Shown: one piece after another, positions 9,464 through 21,038 of the stretch
Position numbering within the stretch: position 1 is the first letter of the stretch
Layout: the number at the start of each line of letters is the position of its first letter
Origin: an uncultured Gemmatimonadaceae bacterium
GTDB lineage: Bacteria > Gemmatimonadota > Gemmatimonadetes > Gemmatimonadales > Gemmatimonadaceae
Assembly: GCA_963751275.1 (NCBI GenBank)
Contig: CAVVTZ010000010.1
Coordinates: 19,012 to 83,011 of the forward strand
Direction of reading: 5' to 3'
Length of the DNA stretch: 64,000 nucleotides
Program-made: the position numbers and the translations under genes
The notes under the pieces: generated by a model
Told to the model about the DNA's origin: nothing
The model's database searches: none
The model's input: only the letters and a program-made list of their open reading frames with translations

Positions 9464-12400
9464 GCGCGCGCGTGATGCGGTCCCTGGCGGCGACGGCCGC
9501 CCTGCTCCTCGCGGCCGCTCCGCGGCTCGCGGCGCAGTTCGGGAAGAACCAGGTGGAGTATACGCGCTTCGACTGGCACGTCATCGAGACGCAGCACTTC
9601 ACCATCCACTATTATCCGTCGGAAGCCACCGTCGCGATGGACGTCGCGCGCATGTCGGAGCGCGCGTACGAGCGGCTCTCGCGCGTCTTCCAGTGGGAGT
9701 TCCGCGACAAGAAGCCGATCATGCTCTTCGCGTCCCGCGCCGATTTCGGCGAGAACCTCGTGACGGGCGACCTCGGCGAGGGAACGGGCGGCGTCACCGA
9801 GCCGATCCGCCACCGCATGCTCTTCTTCTTCACCGGCAACTATCGCAGCACCGAGCACGTGCTCACGCACGAAATGGTGCACGAGTTCCAGTTCGACATC
9901 TTCGGCCACGGGAAGGCCGGCGGCGGGCTCAACGCGCTCGAGGCGGTGAATCCCCCGCTGTGGTTCATGGAAGGTATGGCCGAGTACCTGTCGAAGGGCC
10001 CCGGCGATCCGCACACCGGCGTCGTCATGCGCGATGCCGTGGCGGAGAACAACATCCCGTCGCTCGCGCAGATGACGAACGATCCGAACCAGTTCTTCCC
10101 GTACCGGTTCGGTGAGTCGTACTTCGCGTACGTGGGCCAGCACTGGGGCGACGAGGTGATCGGCCAGATCATGCTCGAGACTCCGAATATCGGCATCGAC
10201 CGTTCCTTCGAGCGCGCCACCAACAAGACGCCGGTGCAGATCGCCGCCGAGTGGAAGCAGGCGCTCCAGGATCAGTACCTGCCCGAGATCGCGCAGCTCG
10301 CGCGCGCGCGCGAAGTCGCGCAGCCGGTGCTCACCACGCACCGCACCGGCGGCGACATCTTCGTGGACCCGGCGCTGTCCCCCGACGGGAAGTACCTCGT
10401 CTTCCTGTCGAACGGCAGCTTCAACAAGGGCGAGGTCTTCATCGACCTCTGGCTCGCCGACGCCACGACCGGCGAGCGCATCAAGCGTCTCGTGAAGAGC
10501 ACGCTCGACCCGAACTACGAGGAGATCGGACTGCTCTATTCGCAGGCCGCCTTCTCCCCGGACGGGACGAAGCTCGCCTTCTCCGCGCTCTCCGGCGGCA
10601 AGGAAGTGCTGTACGTGCTCGACGTCGCGAAGCGGAAGCGCATCGCCACCATCTCGCTGCCGCTGGATGGGCTCACCGGCCCGAGCTGGTCGCCCGACGG
10701 CACGAAGATCGTCTTCAGCGGCGCGAAGGGCGGCATCACGGACATCTACACGGTGGACGCCGACGGCACGAATCTCACGCAGCTGATGCACGACCGGAAC
10801 GGCGATGCGCAGCCGCAATGGTCGCCCGACGGCAAGACGATCGCGTTCGCGAGCGAGCGCGGCGCCGGCACGGACCTGGCGAACCTCGTCTTCCCGAAGA
10901 TGCGCATCACGCTCTACCACGTGGACACGCACGAGATCGAGGTGCTCCCCGACCAGGAGGGGCTCAACATCTAATCCGAACTGGTCCCCCGATGGCGAGA
11001 CGATCGCCTTCATCTCGGACCGGGGCGGCTCGCCGAACGTCTATCTCTTCGATCTCGCGACGCGCAAGCAATTCCGCATCACGCACTTCGTAGGCGGCGT
11101 CACCGGCATCACGGACGTGAGCCCCGCGCTGAGCTGGGCGCACAAAGCCGACCGGCTCGCCTTCGTGTACTACGAGAACAACGGCTATTCGATCTGGACG
11201 ATGGACAATCCGCGCAAGCTCGAGCGGGTGCCCGTGGGGGCACAGGTCGCCGCCGCGGCGCCGGCGGCGGCCGCCGCGCCGGTCGCGGCGCCGCCTCCTC
11301 TGCCTTCGGTCGCGGGCGATCCGGTGGCCACGTTCTACAAGGGTCCCTCCGGATTCCGCGCCGCCGAGGCGCTGCCACGCGGGTCCGACACCACCGAGGA
11401 GGCGATCAGCGTCGCCGCCATCCTCGACACCGGCGCCGTGAAGCTCCCGGATACGAGCACGTTCTTCAAATATCCGTACAAGCTCAAGCTCAGCCCGGAG
11501 TACGTCGCGACGCCGACGATCGGCTATTCACACGACAACTTCGGCAGCGGCATCTACGGCGGCACCGCGGTCACGCTCACGGACATGGTCGGCTCCACGC
11601 GCGCGACCATCGCCCTCGCCGTGAACGGCCGCCTCGCGGACTTCCAGTTCTACGCCGCCTATGCGTATCTCGCCGGGCGATTCCAGTACCAGGTGGGCGT
11701 GGAGAACGTCCCGTTCTACTTCGCCAACGGCTACTCGTGCGAATCAGCGACCGTGTGCACGACCTATACGACGCGCTATCTGAACCGTTCGGCCTTCGGG
11801 GTGGGCATTTATCCACTCAATCGTTTCGACCGCTTCGAGGTCGGGCTCGGCCTGAACTCGCTGGACGAGCAAATCGTGGCCATCACCACGGACTACGTCA
11901 ACCTGACGCAGGGTCGCGCGACGATCGATTTCGGCACCCGGTACTATGCGACGCCCGACATCGCCTACGTGTCCGACAACACGCTCTTCGGCTACTTCGC
12001 GCCGATCTCCGGCCGCCGCTACCGCTTCGAGATCCAGCCGGCGGTCGGTGACTTCCGCTGGATCGGCTACCTGGGGGACTATCGGCGTTACGACCCGATC
12101 ATCTTCAACAAGCTGATCGTCGCCACCCACCTGGCGGCGTACGTGAAGACGGGGCGCGACGCCGACAGCACCCGGCAGTACATCGCGTACAGCCAGGCGG
12201 TGCGCGGCTATGACGGCAGCAACTTCCTGATCGATCCCACGGAGTGCGTCAACGTCGGCAAGACCTCCGACTACTGCAACCCGGCCGTCGGCAGCAGCGC
12301 ATACTACGGCAGCGTCGAGATCCGCGCGCCGTTCTACCGCGGCGGCCAGGGCACGGTGATCCCGGTGCCGCCCATCGAGTTGTTCGCCTTCGTGGACCTG

Positions 12401-12607
12401 GGCAGCACCTGGTTCACGGGACAGACGGTGGTGTTCGCCGACCAGACGCACTACGATCCGCTCCTCACGCGCGGCTTCCTCTGGGCCAACGGCTTTGGCG
12501 CGCGCGTCAATCTCTTCGGCGCGGCCATCATGAGCTGGGCCTGGGTGATCCCGCACGATCTCGGACTGCACCCGTACATCCAGTTCTCGCTGTACGCTCC
12601 ATTCTAA
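9460..12607 (+). CDS. Secreted zincin-like domain + PD40/TolB beta-propeller + Omp85/BamA-type barrel; frameshift near 10970
   Basis: Signal peptide, HEMVH motif with downstream WFMEGMAEY, repeated (W/F)SPDG, VRGY loop, terminal Phe. Confidence 0.8.
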
Positions 12608-12654
12608 CGGCGGCGCGCGCGCGGCTTGTTCCGCGCGCGCGCTCCCGGTAGCTT

Positions 12655-14181
12655 GTGCACGTGCGCACGTTGCTGATGGCGCTGGGCCTCGCGCTGGCCG
12701 CGTGCGGCCGCACGGAGCGCATTCCCCCCGCGGCCGGCGTCCCAGCCAGCGCCCGGCGCGGCCCGGACCTCTTGGTCCTTCGCGCTCCCCGCAGCGGCGG
12801 ACCGGTGCGCGTCTTCGCCTACCCGCGCCTTGACTCGCTCATCTGGACCTCCACCGCCAAGGCGCCGCCGCTCGATCGGATCCTCGGATTCGACGACGCC
12901 GCGGGCACGGTGCTGTCGGAATCGGACAAGGGCTATCCCGTACGCATCGATCTCCGCCTCGGCACGGTGACCACGGACGAGACGCCGCGACTCCGCGCGC
13001 TCTCCACCGCCGACGGCGCCACGGCGTTCGGCGTCGCCCCGAACGGCGGCGTCGTGCGCACTACGCCCAGCGGCGTCTGGTCGTTCAAGCCGCCGGCGCC
13101 CGCGCGCGACGTGCTGCCGCAGCCGGACGGCCAGCTGCTCATCCTCGCCGACCGGCCCGGCGGCGTGGTGCTCTGGTCGGTGCGTCCCCCCGATTCCATC
13201 ATGGGCGACAGCGCGGTGCTCCCGCCGATCTCGCGTGCCCTGCGCACTCCGGTGGGCGACCGCGTGTACTTCACGGGCGGACGTTGGCTGCTGGCCGTGC
13301 GCGTGCGTGGACTCGATTCCCTGCCCGCGATCGAGCTGCCCCGCCCCGCGAACGCGATGGTGACCACGCCGAGCGGCGACCGCCTGTTCGCGGCGCTCGA
13401 CTCGCTCCCCGAGATCCTCATCCTGGACCGGTACACGGGCAAGACGACGGCCACGCTCACGCTGCCGGCGCCGGCGCTGTCGCTGCGCATGGATCCCTTC
13501 GGCCGCGTGCTCCTCGCGCGCATGGAGGGTGACAGCATCGCGGTGGTCGCGCTCGGCACCGATCGCGTGATCGGCGTGGTGGGCAGTGCGTGGCGCGTGG
13601 ACCTGCCGGCCGTCGCGCCGAACGGATGGATCGCGCTCGCCGCGGGGAGCGATGTGCAGTTCGTGGACGGCGATTCGCTGCGCCCGGCCGCGCGCGTCAC
13701 CGGCGGCGCGAAGGATCTCTGGGCCTTCCTGCACTGGAACGGTTTCCGGCCGCGCGCCGCGGGACTCGACGAGCCGGTCACCTTTCCCGAGGACACCGTC
13801 GTGCCGCACGACAGCACGAATCCGTTCGCCGAGGTGCCGGGCGATACCATGCGCCGGCCCGCGGACACGACTCTTCACACCGCACCGCCTCCCGCCGCGG
13901 CCCCGCCGGCGCCGCCGCCCGCGCCCGCGCCGGCGCGCGACACCGCGCCACATGGTCCGCAGTTCACCATCCAGTTCGCCGCCCTGCGCACCGACTCGTC
14001 CGCGCGCGTCGCCATGCGCGCGATCCACGTCACCGGCGCGACGCCGCGGGTGGTACCCAACGCGCACGATGGAGTGATAACGTACCGGGTCGTGATCGGC
14101 CCGTTCCCGACGCGCGAAGAAGCCGAGCGCATCGCCCGCACCGCGGGAATGTCCTACTGGATCTACGAGGGCTCGCCCTGA
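12655..14181 (+). CDS. Lipoprotein with predicted beta-propeller and C-terminal SPOR domain
   Basis: Lipobox LAAC; Pro-rich linker; FTIQFAAL...YRVVIGPFPTREEA. Confidence 0.75.
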   Translation: MHVRTLLMALGLALAACGRTERIPPAAGVPASARRGPDLLVLRAPRSGGPVRVFAYPRLDSLIWTSTAKAPPLDRILGFDDAAGTVLSESDKGYPVRIDLRLGTVTTDETPRLRALSTADGATAFGVAPNGGVVRTTPSGVWSFKPPAPARDVLPQPDGQLLILADRPGGVVLWSVRPPDSIMGDSAVLPPISRALRTPVGDRVYFTGGRWLLAVRVRGLDSLPAIELPRPANAMVTTPSGDRLFAALDSLPEILILDRYTGKTTATLTLPAPALSLRMDPFGRVLLARMEGDSIAVVALGTDRVIGVVGSAWRVDLPAVAPNGWIALAAGSDVQFVDGDSLRPAARVTGGAKDLWAFLHWNGFRPRAAGLDEPVTFPEDTVVPHDSTNPFAEVPGDTMRRPADTTLHTAPPPAAAPPAPPPAPAPARDTAPHGPQFTIQFAALRTDSSARVAMRAIHVTGATPRVVPNAHDGVITYRVVIGPFPTREEAERIARTAGMSYWIYEGSP

Positions 14182-14182
14182 G

Positions 14183-15643
14183 ATGACCACGCCGCCATTC
14201 GACGAGCCGATGCTCTCCCCCTGGGAGGAGGAAGGGCGCCGCCAGGCCGCGGCGCTCGACGGCTGCGGCTTCGTGCTCGTGGTGGGCGGCGATCCGCTCG
14301 CGGCGGCAGAGCTCGCGCTCGGCATCGGCCGCGTGCAGGCGCGCCGGCGGCGCGTGGTGGTCGCCGATGCGGTGGGCGAGCTCGGACCGATCGATGACCT
14401 CGGGCCGATGGACGCGCCGTACGGGATCGCCGACGTCTTCGTCCGCGGCCTGCCGCTCGAGCAGGCGGCGCACGCGGTGGACGCCGCGGGGAATTTCCAC
14501 GTGCTGCCGAGCGGGCCCGCGCCGCTCGACCACGGCGCCGTGCTGCGCAGCGCGCGCTGGGAGGGACTGTCCACGGAATTCCGCGAGGCGGATGCGCTGC
14601 TGCTCGTCGTCGTGCCCAATGAAGAGCCGGCGGTGGACGCGCTGCTGCCGCTCGTGGATGGCGTGGTGCTGCTGGGGCGCGTGCAGCCGCTCGTGGGCGC
14701 GCGCGTGCTGCTCTACGTGCGCGGCCCGGGCTCCGGCGGCCACGACATGGAGCGCGTCACCGGCACGATCAGCGCGCTGCAGCTGCCGCAGCATGACACC
14801 GAGAAGGTCGCAACGCGCGGGCGCGCCAGCACGATGCGTACGGTGGCGCCGCCCCCGCCGCGCCGCTCGAGCTGGCCCGCGTGGCTTGGCGTGCTCGCCG
14901 TGATCGCGCTGGTGGGCGGCGGCCTCTGGCGTTCGGGCCTCTTCCACCGCGCGACCGTGACGGACTCGGCGACCGCGGTGCTGCCGCCCGACGACGGGAC
15001 CGCCGGCGCGATCGATTCGTTCATCGTCCCGGAGAGCACCGGCGCCGCACCGCCCGCGCCGCCGCCGCTGGCGCCCCTCCCGGCGGGCACCGCCGCGACG
15101 GCGACGACGCCCGCGATGCTCCTCGCGCAGCGCGCCGCCGCCGCGGCCGCCGACTCCAACGCGCGCGCCGCGGGATTCGCCGTCGAGATCGCGGTCACGA
15201 ACAATTCTACGAGCGCGAACGCGCGCCTGGAAGACGAGATGCTGAAGAACCTGCCCGCGCTCACGATCGCGCCGTTGGCCGAGCCGGATGGGAACAAGAC
15301 CTTCCACGTGATCGCCGGCGCGTTCACACAGCGCGCCGGCGCCGATTCCCTGCTCGCGTCGCTCGTCGCGAACGGCGCCATGATCAAGGGCCAGGGCAAG
15401 GTCACGCGCCTCCCGTTCGCGGTGCTGCTGCAGAGCGCCGTCACGCGCGATGAAGCATCTTTCTATAGCGCGGCGTACCGGTCGAAAGGGTTCGCCGTGT
15501 ATTCGCTGATGGCGGGCGATGGCCGGATGCGGCTTTATGCCGGCGCCTTCGAGCGCGCGGAGGACGCGGTGCTGCTCGCTGCGGCGCTGCGCGCCAACGG
15601 CGACGCGCCGATCGTAACCTACCGGATGGGGAGATTGCCCTAG
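14183..15643 (+). CDS. Membrane protein: degenerate MinD/ParA-like N-domain, one TM helix, two SPOR-like domains
   Basis: RRVVVAD...GIADV...FHVLPSG pattern; TM WLGVLAVIALVGGGLW; FHVIAGAF and RLYAGAFE. Confidence 0.65.
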   Translation: MTTPPFDEPMLSPWEEEGRRQAAALDGCGFVLVVGGDPLAAAELALGIGRVQARRRRVVVADAVGELGPIDDLGPMDAPYGIADVFVRGLPLEQAAHAVDAAGNFHVLPSGPAPLDHGAVLRSARWEGLSTEFREADALLLVVVPNEEPAVDALLPLVDGVVLLGRVQPLVGARVLLYVRGPGSGGHDMERVTGTISALQLPQHDTEKVATRGRASTMRTVAPPPPRRSSWPAWLGVLAVIALVGGGLWRSGLFHRATVTDSATAVLPPDDGTAGAIDSFIVPESTGAAPPAPPPLAPLPAGTAATATTPAMLLAQRAAAAAADSNARAAGFAVEIAVTNNSTSANARLEDEMLKNLPALTIAPLAEPDGNKTFHVIAGAFTQRAGADSLLASLVANGAMIKGQGKVTRLPFAVLLQSAVTRDEASFYSAAYRSKGFAVYSLMAGDGRMRLYAGAFERAEDAVLLAAALRANGDAPIVTYRMGRLP

Positions 15644-18600
15644 TGCGGCTGACGAAGCTCGAGATCCACGGATTCAAGTCGTTCGCGGACCACACGCACC
15701 TCGACTTCGAGGCGGGCGTCACCGCGATCGTCGGTCCCAACGGGTGCGGCAAGTCGAACGTCTCGGATGCGGTGCGCTGGGTGCTCGGCGAGCAGCGTCC
15801 GCGCCTGCTGCGCGGCCTCAAGATGGAAGAGGTGATCTTCCAGGGCTCGTCGGCGCGCCGCCCGGTGAACATCGCGGAGGTCTCCCTTCACTTCTCGAAC
15901 GAGGACGGCGTGCTGCCCGTCGCGTTCAAGGAAGTGGTGATCTCGCGCCGCCTCTCGCGTTCGGGGGAGAGCGAGTATCTGCTCAATCGCGCGCCCTGCC
16001 GCCTGCGCGACATCCACGATCTCGTCTCGGGCACCGGGCTCGGCGCCGACGCGGGCGTCGTGATCGAGGCGCGCATGATCGACGCGCTGCTCTCCGACCG
16101 CCCTGATGACCGCCGCGAGCTGTTCGAGGAGGCCGCGGGCGTCGCGCTCTACCGCGACCGGCGCCGCAGCACCGAGCGCCGCCTCGAGGAGACGACCGTC
16201 GACCTCGCGCGCCTCGACGATCTCATTGGCGAGGTGCAGAGCCAGGTCCGGTCGCTCTCGCGCCAGCGGAAGAAGGCGGAACGGCACGTGGAGCTCAACG
16301 CGCAGCGGTTCAATCTCGAGCTGACGCTCGCGTCGCGCGACATGGCGAGCTGGCGCGATGAGCTGGCGCGCCTCGAGGTGACCGTCGCGGCGCAGCGCGC
16401 CCGCGCCCCCGAGGCGGAGCGCGACGTGACCGCGGCCGAAGCGGCGCGCGAGGCCGCCTACGCCGCGCGCGGCGGCGCCGAGACGCGCCGCGGGGATCTC
16501 GCCCGCTCGGTGAACATGCAGCAGCAGGATGTGATGCGCCTCGAGAGCGAGCTGCGCGTGGCCGAGGAGCGGCAGCGCAACGCGAGTGCGCGCCGATTGC
16601 GCGCGGAAGAGGAACGCCGCCAGGGCGAGCAGCTCAATCTGCAGCTCGGCACCGACCGCGAGCAGGCGCTGAGTGCGCGCTCGGGCGTGGAAGCCGAGGT
16701 GGAAGAGGCGCGCCGCGCGCTCGCGGCGCGGCAGGGCGCGGAGGAGCAGGCGCGCGTGCAGGTGGCCGCGGCCCGCGCCGCATTCGATGACCTGGAGCGC
16801 GCGGCCGCCGCCGCGCGCGACGATGCACGGCGCGTGTCGCTGGACCGGGAGAGCGCGGACCACGAGCGCGGCGAGCTGTCGGGCCGCGCGTCGGCCGCGG
16901 CCGCCGAGCGCGCGCAGCACGAGGAAGCGCGCGCCGCCGCGATGGCGGAGCTCAAGGGCGCCGAGAAGGATCTGGATGAAGCCACCGCGCGCGCGCTCGG
17001 CGCGGCGGCGGGGCTCGCCGCCGCCCGCGCGCACGCCGACCAGGCGCGCGCCCGCGATGCGTCGGCCCGCGGCGCCCTGCTCTCCTCGGAGGAACAGCTC
17101 GCCGCGCTGCAGGGGAAGTCGAACGCGCTCGAGGCGCTCGAGCGCGATCGCGTGGGACTCGCGCCCGCCACGGCGCGGCTGCTCGAGGACCGCGCGAGCT
17201 TCGGCGAAGGCGCGATCATCGGCCCGCTCTCCGATTTCATCACCGCGGGCGCGCAGTCCGCGACGCTCATCGAACGGTTCCTGGGCAACACGGTGCACGC
17301 GGTGCTGGTGCGCGACCGCGCGGTGGCGGATGCCGTGCGCGAATGGCACGCGCGCGTGAATCCGGGCTCGCTGCTCCTGCTGCCGCTCGACGGCCAGATG
17401 TTCGCCGACATGGACCGTGGCACGCTCGCCGCGCGCGTGGACGCCGCGGAGATCGCGCGCACGTGGGTGAAGAACCTGCTCGGTCATGTGCGCGTGACCG
17501 ATGACGGCGCCGCGTTCGTGGACGCGCGCGGCGCCATGTGGCTCCCCGGCGACGCCGGCGGTCCCGGCCCGCTGCGCCGCCGCGCCGAGCTCGTCGCGCT
17601 GCGCGAGCAGCTCGGCACCGCGGCCGCGGCGCGCGATGCCGCGCAGGCGCAGGCCGAATCCGCGCGCGCCGCGCTCGACGCCGCGGAGCGCGCCGTGTCC
17701 GCGGCCACCGATGCGGCCGACACCGCGCAGCACCATGCGCGCGACGCCGCCGACGCGCGCGCCGCGATCGAGCTGCGCGCGCGCCGTCACGAGAAGGAAT
17801 TGGCCACCACCCAGGCGCTCGCCGCGCGCATCGCCGAGCGCCACGCCGAACTGGGTGCGCGGCTCACGGCGCTCGAGAGCGAGGCCGGCCGCGCCGCAGC
17901 GGCCATCGCCGATCGCGCCGCCGCGCTCGACGCCGCGCGCGATGCGCTCGCCGCCGCCGAGAAGCGCCAGGATGCCGCGCGCGAGGACCGCACGCGGTGG
18001 CAGGTGGAGCAGGCGCAGGCCGAGGGCCGGCTGCAGGTGGCGCTCGATCGCGAGCGCCGCCTCGCCACCGAGGTCGCCACCGCCGACCAGCGCGTGGCCG
18101 CGCTCGCCGCCGAACTCGCCGAGATCCAGCAGGCCGACCGCGAGCTCGCGACGCGCATGACCGAGTGGCAGGTGCAGGCCGAGGCCCGCCGCGCCGCGCT
18201 GGCCGGCGACGAGAAGCAGCTCAAGGACGCCGAGCACGCCGTGCGCGACGCCGACAGCAAGTTGCAGGAGATCGAGCACGCGCTGGACGCCGCGCGCCAC
18301 GCGGCCACCGCGCTCGCCGATGAGCTGCATCAGGCCGAGCTGCGCTACACCGAACTGTCGGGGCGGCGCACGGCGATCAAGGAGCGGCTCGAGGCCGAGT
18401 GGCGCCGCCCGCTCGACGACATGTTCGCGCAACTCGCGCCGGTGGAGATGGACGACGAGACGCTGCGCGCCGAGGTGGGCCGCCTGCGCGACGAGCTCGA
18501 GGCGATCGGCCCGGTGAACGCGCTCGCCGTGGAGGAGCACGACGAAGAAGTGAAGCGCCTCGACTATCTCACCACGCAGCGCGCCGATCTCGTGAGCGCG

Positions 18601-19200
18601 AAGAATTCCCTGCACCAGGCGATCCGCGAGATCGACGCCACCGCGCAGGCGCTCTTCCTGGAGACCTTCGCGCAGGTGCGCGAGAACTTCCGCCAGATCT
18701 TCCTGACGCTCTTCGGCGGCGGCGACTGCGACCTGCGCCTCGAGGATCCCGACCGGCCGCTCGAATGCGACATCGAGATCCACGCATCGCCGCGCGGCAA
18801 GCGCACGCAGCGCATCCATCTGCTGTCGAGCGGCGAGCGCGCGCTGGTCGCGCTCTCCCTGCTCTTCGGGATCTTCCTCACGAAGCCGAGTCCATTCTGT
18901 CTCATGGACGAAGTGGACGCGCCGCTCGATGACGCGAACGTCGGGCGCTTCGTGAAGATGCTCAACCAGTTCAAGACGAAGACGCAGTTCATCGTGATCA
19001 CGCACAATCCGCGCACCACCACCGCGGCCGCGGACGCGGTGTACGGCGTCACGATGCAGGAGCCGGGCGTGTCCAGCTTCGTGAGCGTGCGGATGCGCGG
19101 CGAGCCGGTGGACGAGTTCATCGAGGGTGAGGCGACCGCGAAGCCCGGCGACCCGCGCCGGCGCCCGCCCGCCGTGCCAGAGAGCGAGGCCCGGGCGTAG
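15643..19200 (+). CDS. smc: Chromosome segregation protein SMC
   Basis: GFKSF, GPNGCGKSN, coiled coils, hinge, LSSGE, DEVDAPLD and ITH. Confidence 0.96.
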   Translation: MRLTKLEIHGFKSFADHTHLDFEAGVTAIVGPNGCGKSNVSDAVRWVLGEQRPRLLRGLKMEEVIFQGSSARRPVNIAEVSLHFSNEDGVLPVAFKEVVISRRLSRSGESEYLLNRAPCRLRDIHDLVSGTGLGADAGVVIEARMIDALLSDRPDDRRELFEEAAGVALYRDRRRSTERRLEETTVDLARLDDLIGEVQSQVRSLSRQRKKAERHVELNAQRFNLELTLASRDMASWRDELARLEVTVAAQRARAPEAERDVTAAEAAREAAYAARGGAETRRGDLARSVNMQQQDVMRLESELRVAEERQRNASARRLRAEEERRQGEQLNLQLGTDREQALSARSGVEAEVEEARRALAARQGAEEQARVQVAAARAAFDDLERAAAAARDDARRVSLDRESADHERGELSGRASAAAAERAQHEEARAAAMAELKGAEKDLDEATARALGAAAGLAAARAHADQARARDASARGALLSSEEQLAALQGKSNALEALERDRVGLAPATARLLEDRASFGEGAIIGPLSDFITAGAQSATLIERFLGNTVHAVLVRDRAVADAVREWHARVNPGSLLLLPLDGQMFADMDRGTLAARVDAAEIARTWVKNLLGHVRVTDDGAAFVDARGAMWLPGDAGGPGPLRRRAELVALREQLGTAAAARDAAQAQAESARAALDAAERAVSAATDAADTAQHHARDAADARAAIELRARRHEKELATTQALAARIAERHAELGARLTALESEAGRAAAAIADRAAALDAARDALAAAEKRQDAAREDRTRWQVEQAQAEGRLQVALDRERRLATEVATADQRVAALAAELAEIQQADRELATRMTEWQVQAEARRAALAGDEKQLKDAEHAVRDADSKLQEIEHALDAARHAATALADELHQAELRYTELSGRRTAIKERLEAEWRRPLDDMFAQLAPVEMDDETLRAEVGRLRDELEAIGPVNALAVEEHDEEVKRLDYLTTQRADLVSAKNSLHQAIREIDATAQALFLETFAQVRENFRQIFLTLFGGGDCDLRLEDPDRPLECDIEIHASPRGKRTQRIHLLSSGERALVALSLLFGIFLTKPSPFCLMDEVDAPLDDANVGRFVKMLNQFKTKTQFIVITHNPRTTTAAADAVYGVTMQEPGVSSFVSVRMRGEPVDEFIEGEATAKPGDPRRRPPAVPESEARA

Positions 19201-19218
19201 CGTCCGGCGCTGCACACA

Positions 19219-19983
19219 TTGCGCCTCACCACGATCGGCACCGGCACGGCGAGCCCTAGCCCGCAGCGCGTGAACGCCGCGCACCTCATCGAGGGCGGCG
19301 ACGTGCGCCTGCTCATCGACTGCGGCAGCGGCGCCGTGCACCGCATGGCCGGCCTGGGCGTCGACTGGCTCGGCATCACGCATCTCGCCTTCACACACTT
19401 CCACCCCGATCACACGCTGGACCTTACCACGCTCTTCTACGCGTGGCGGTACGGCACCCTGCCCGCGCGCTCGGCGCCCCTGGCCGTCCATGGGCCCCCG
19501 GGCACCGTCGCCCTGTTCGAGCGCTTCGCCGCGCTCTACGGCGAGACCCTCGCCGCCCCGCCGTGGCCCATGGAGATCACCGAGATCCCCTTCGGGGGCG
19601 GCGCGGAGCTGGGCAGCGGGGTACGAATGGACACCCTGAAGGTTCCCCATACCGAGGAGAGCGTGGCATATTCCATAGCACGCGGGAGCCGCCGGATCGT
19701 GTTCACGGGCGACACCGGCGAGAGCGACGCGCTCGGCGATTGGGCGCGTGGCTGCGACGTGCTCCTGGCGGAATGCTCGCTGCCCGACGCGATGGCGATG
19801 CCGATCCATCTCACCCCATCGAGGTGCGGGACGCTGGCGGCGCGCGCGATGCCGGGCATGCTGGCGCTCACGCATTTCTTCACGGTGGTGGAGCAGGAAG
19901 ACATTCGCGCGGCGATCGCGCCGCGGTTCGGCGGCCCCGTGACGCTCACGGTGGACGGCTGGTTCACTGAGATCGAGGAATAG
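19219..19983 (+). CDS. MBL-fold hydrolase, RNase Z/BN-like
   Basis: GTG, LIDCGSG, THFHPDH, FTGDT and LTHF motifs. Confidence 0.85.
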   Translation: MRLTTIGTGTASPSPQRVNAAHLIEGGDVRLLIDCGSGAVHRMAGLGVDWLGITHLAFTHFHPDHTLDLTTLFYAWRYGTLPARSAPLAVHGPPGTVALFERFAALYGETLAAPPWPMEITEIPFGGGAELGSGVRMDTLKVPHTEESVAYSIARGSRRIVFTGDTGESDALGDWARGCDVLLAECSLPDAMAMPIHLTPSRCGTLAARAMPGMLALTHFFTVVEQEDIRAAIAPRFGGPVTLTVDGWFTEIEE

Positions 19984-19984
19984 C

Positions 19985-21038
19985 ATGCTGGTCGTGATGA
20001 AAACCGGGGCGAAGCCGGCGGAGATCGAAGCCGTCGTTCGCGTGATCGAGGAGATGGGCTACGAGGCGCGCCCGATGCCGGGCGCGCAACGCACCGCGGT
20101 GGGACTCGTCGGCAACGACGGCCGCGTGGACGCGTCGCGCATCGAAGCGCTGTCGGGGGTGGCGCAGGTCATCCACGTCACGCAGCCCTACAAGCAGGTG
20201 TCGCGCGAGTGGAAGGCCGAGAGCACGATCGTCACGATCGGCGGCACGGTGCACGTGGGCGGCACGGAAGTGCCGATCATCGCCGGCCCGTGCTCGGTGG
20301 AGAGCGAGGAGCAGATCGTGACCGCGGCGCGCGATGGTGCGCGCGGCGGGCGCGGCGGCGCTGCGCGGCGGTGCGTTCAAGCCGCGGAGCTCGCCATACT
20401 CATTCCAGGGACTCGGCAAGAAGGGGCTGGAATTGCTGGCGCTGGCGCGGCAGGAGACGGGCCTCGCCATCGTGACCGAAGCGATGGACGAAGAGGGCGC
20501 GGAGCTGGTGGCCGAGTACGCGGACTGCATCCAGATCGGCGCGCGGAACATGCAGAACTATTCGCTGCTCAAGTTCTGCGGCACGTTGAACAAGCCCGTG
20601 CTGCTGAAGCGCGGCCTTGCGGCCACGATCCAGGAGCTGCTGCTGAGCGCGGAGTACGTGCTGGCGAGCGGGAATCCGAATGTGATCCTGTGCGAGCGCG
20701 GCGTGCGCACCTTCGACAACGTGGCGCGCAATATGTTCGACCTCACGGCGATCCCGATCGTGCAGCAGCTGTCGCACCTGCCGATCATCGCCGATCCGAG
20801 CCATGGCACGGGGATCCGCGACAAGGTGATCCCGATGGCGCGCGCGGCGGTCGCCGCGGGGGCGAACGGCGTGATGGTGGAGGTGCATCCGAATCCCGAG
20901 CGGGCGCTGTCGGACGGCGCGCAGTCGCTCTATCCGGAGCAGTTCGCGCAGCTGGTGGGCGAGCTGCGGTTGATCGCCGCGGCGATCGGGCGGACGATCA
21001 CGCCGGCGCCGGCGCTCGCGGCGGCGGGCGCCCGATGA
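19985..21038 (+). CDS. aroF: DAHP synthase (type I-beta); frameshift near 20330
   Basis: [32 protein letters not shown] and DPSH motifs. Confidence 0.93.

Noticed and set aside
15640..19986. 1448-aa antisense ORF opposite smc and similar shadow ORFs
   Set aside because: Expected from high-GC codon bias; no recognisable domains
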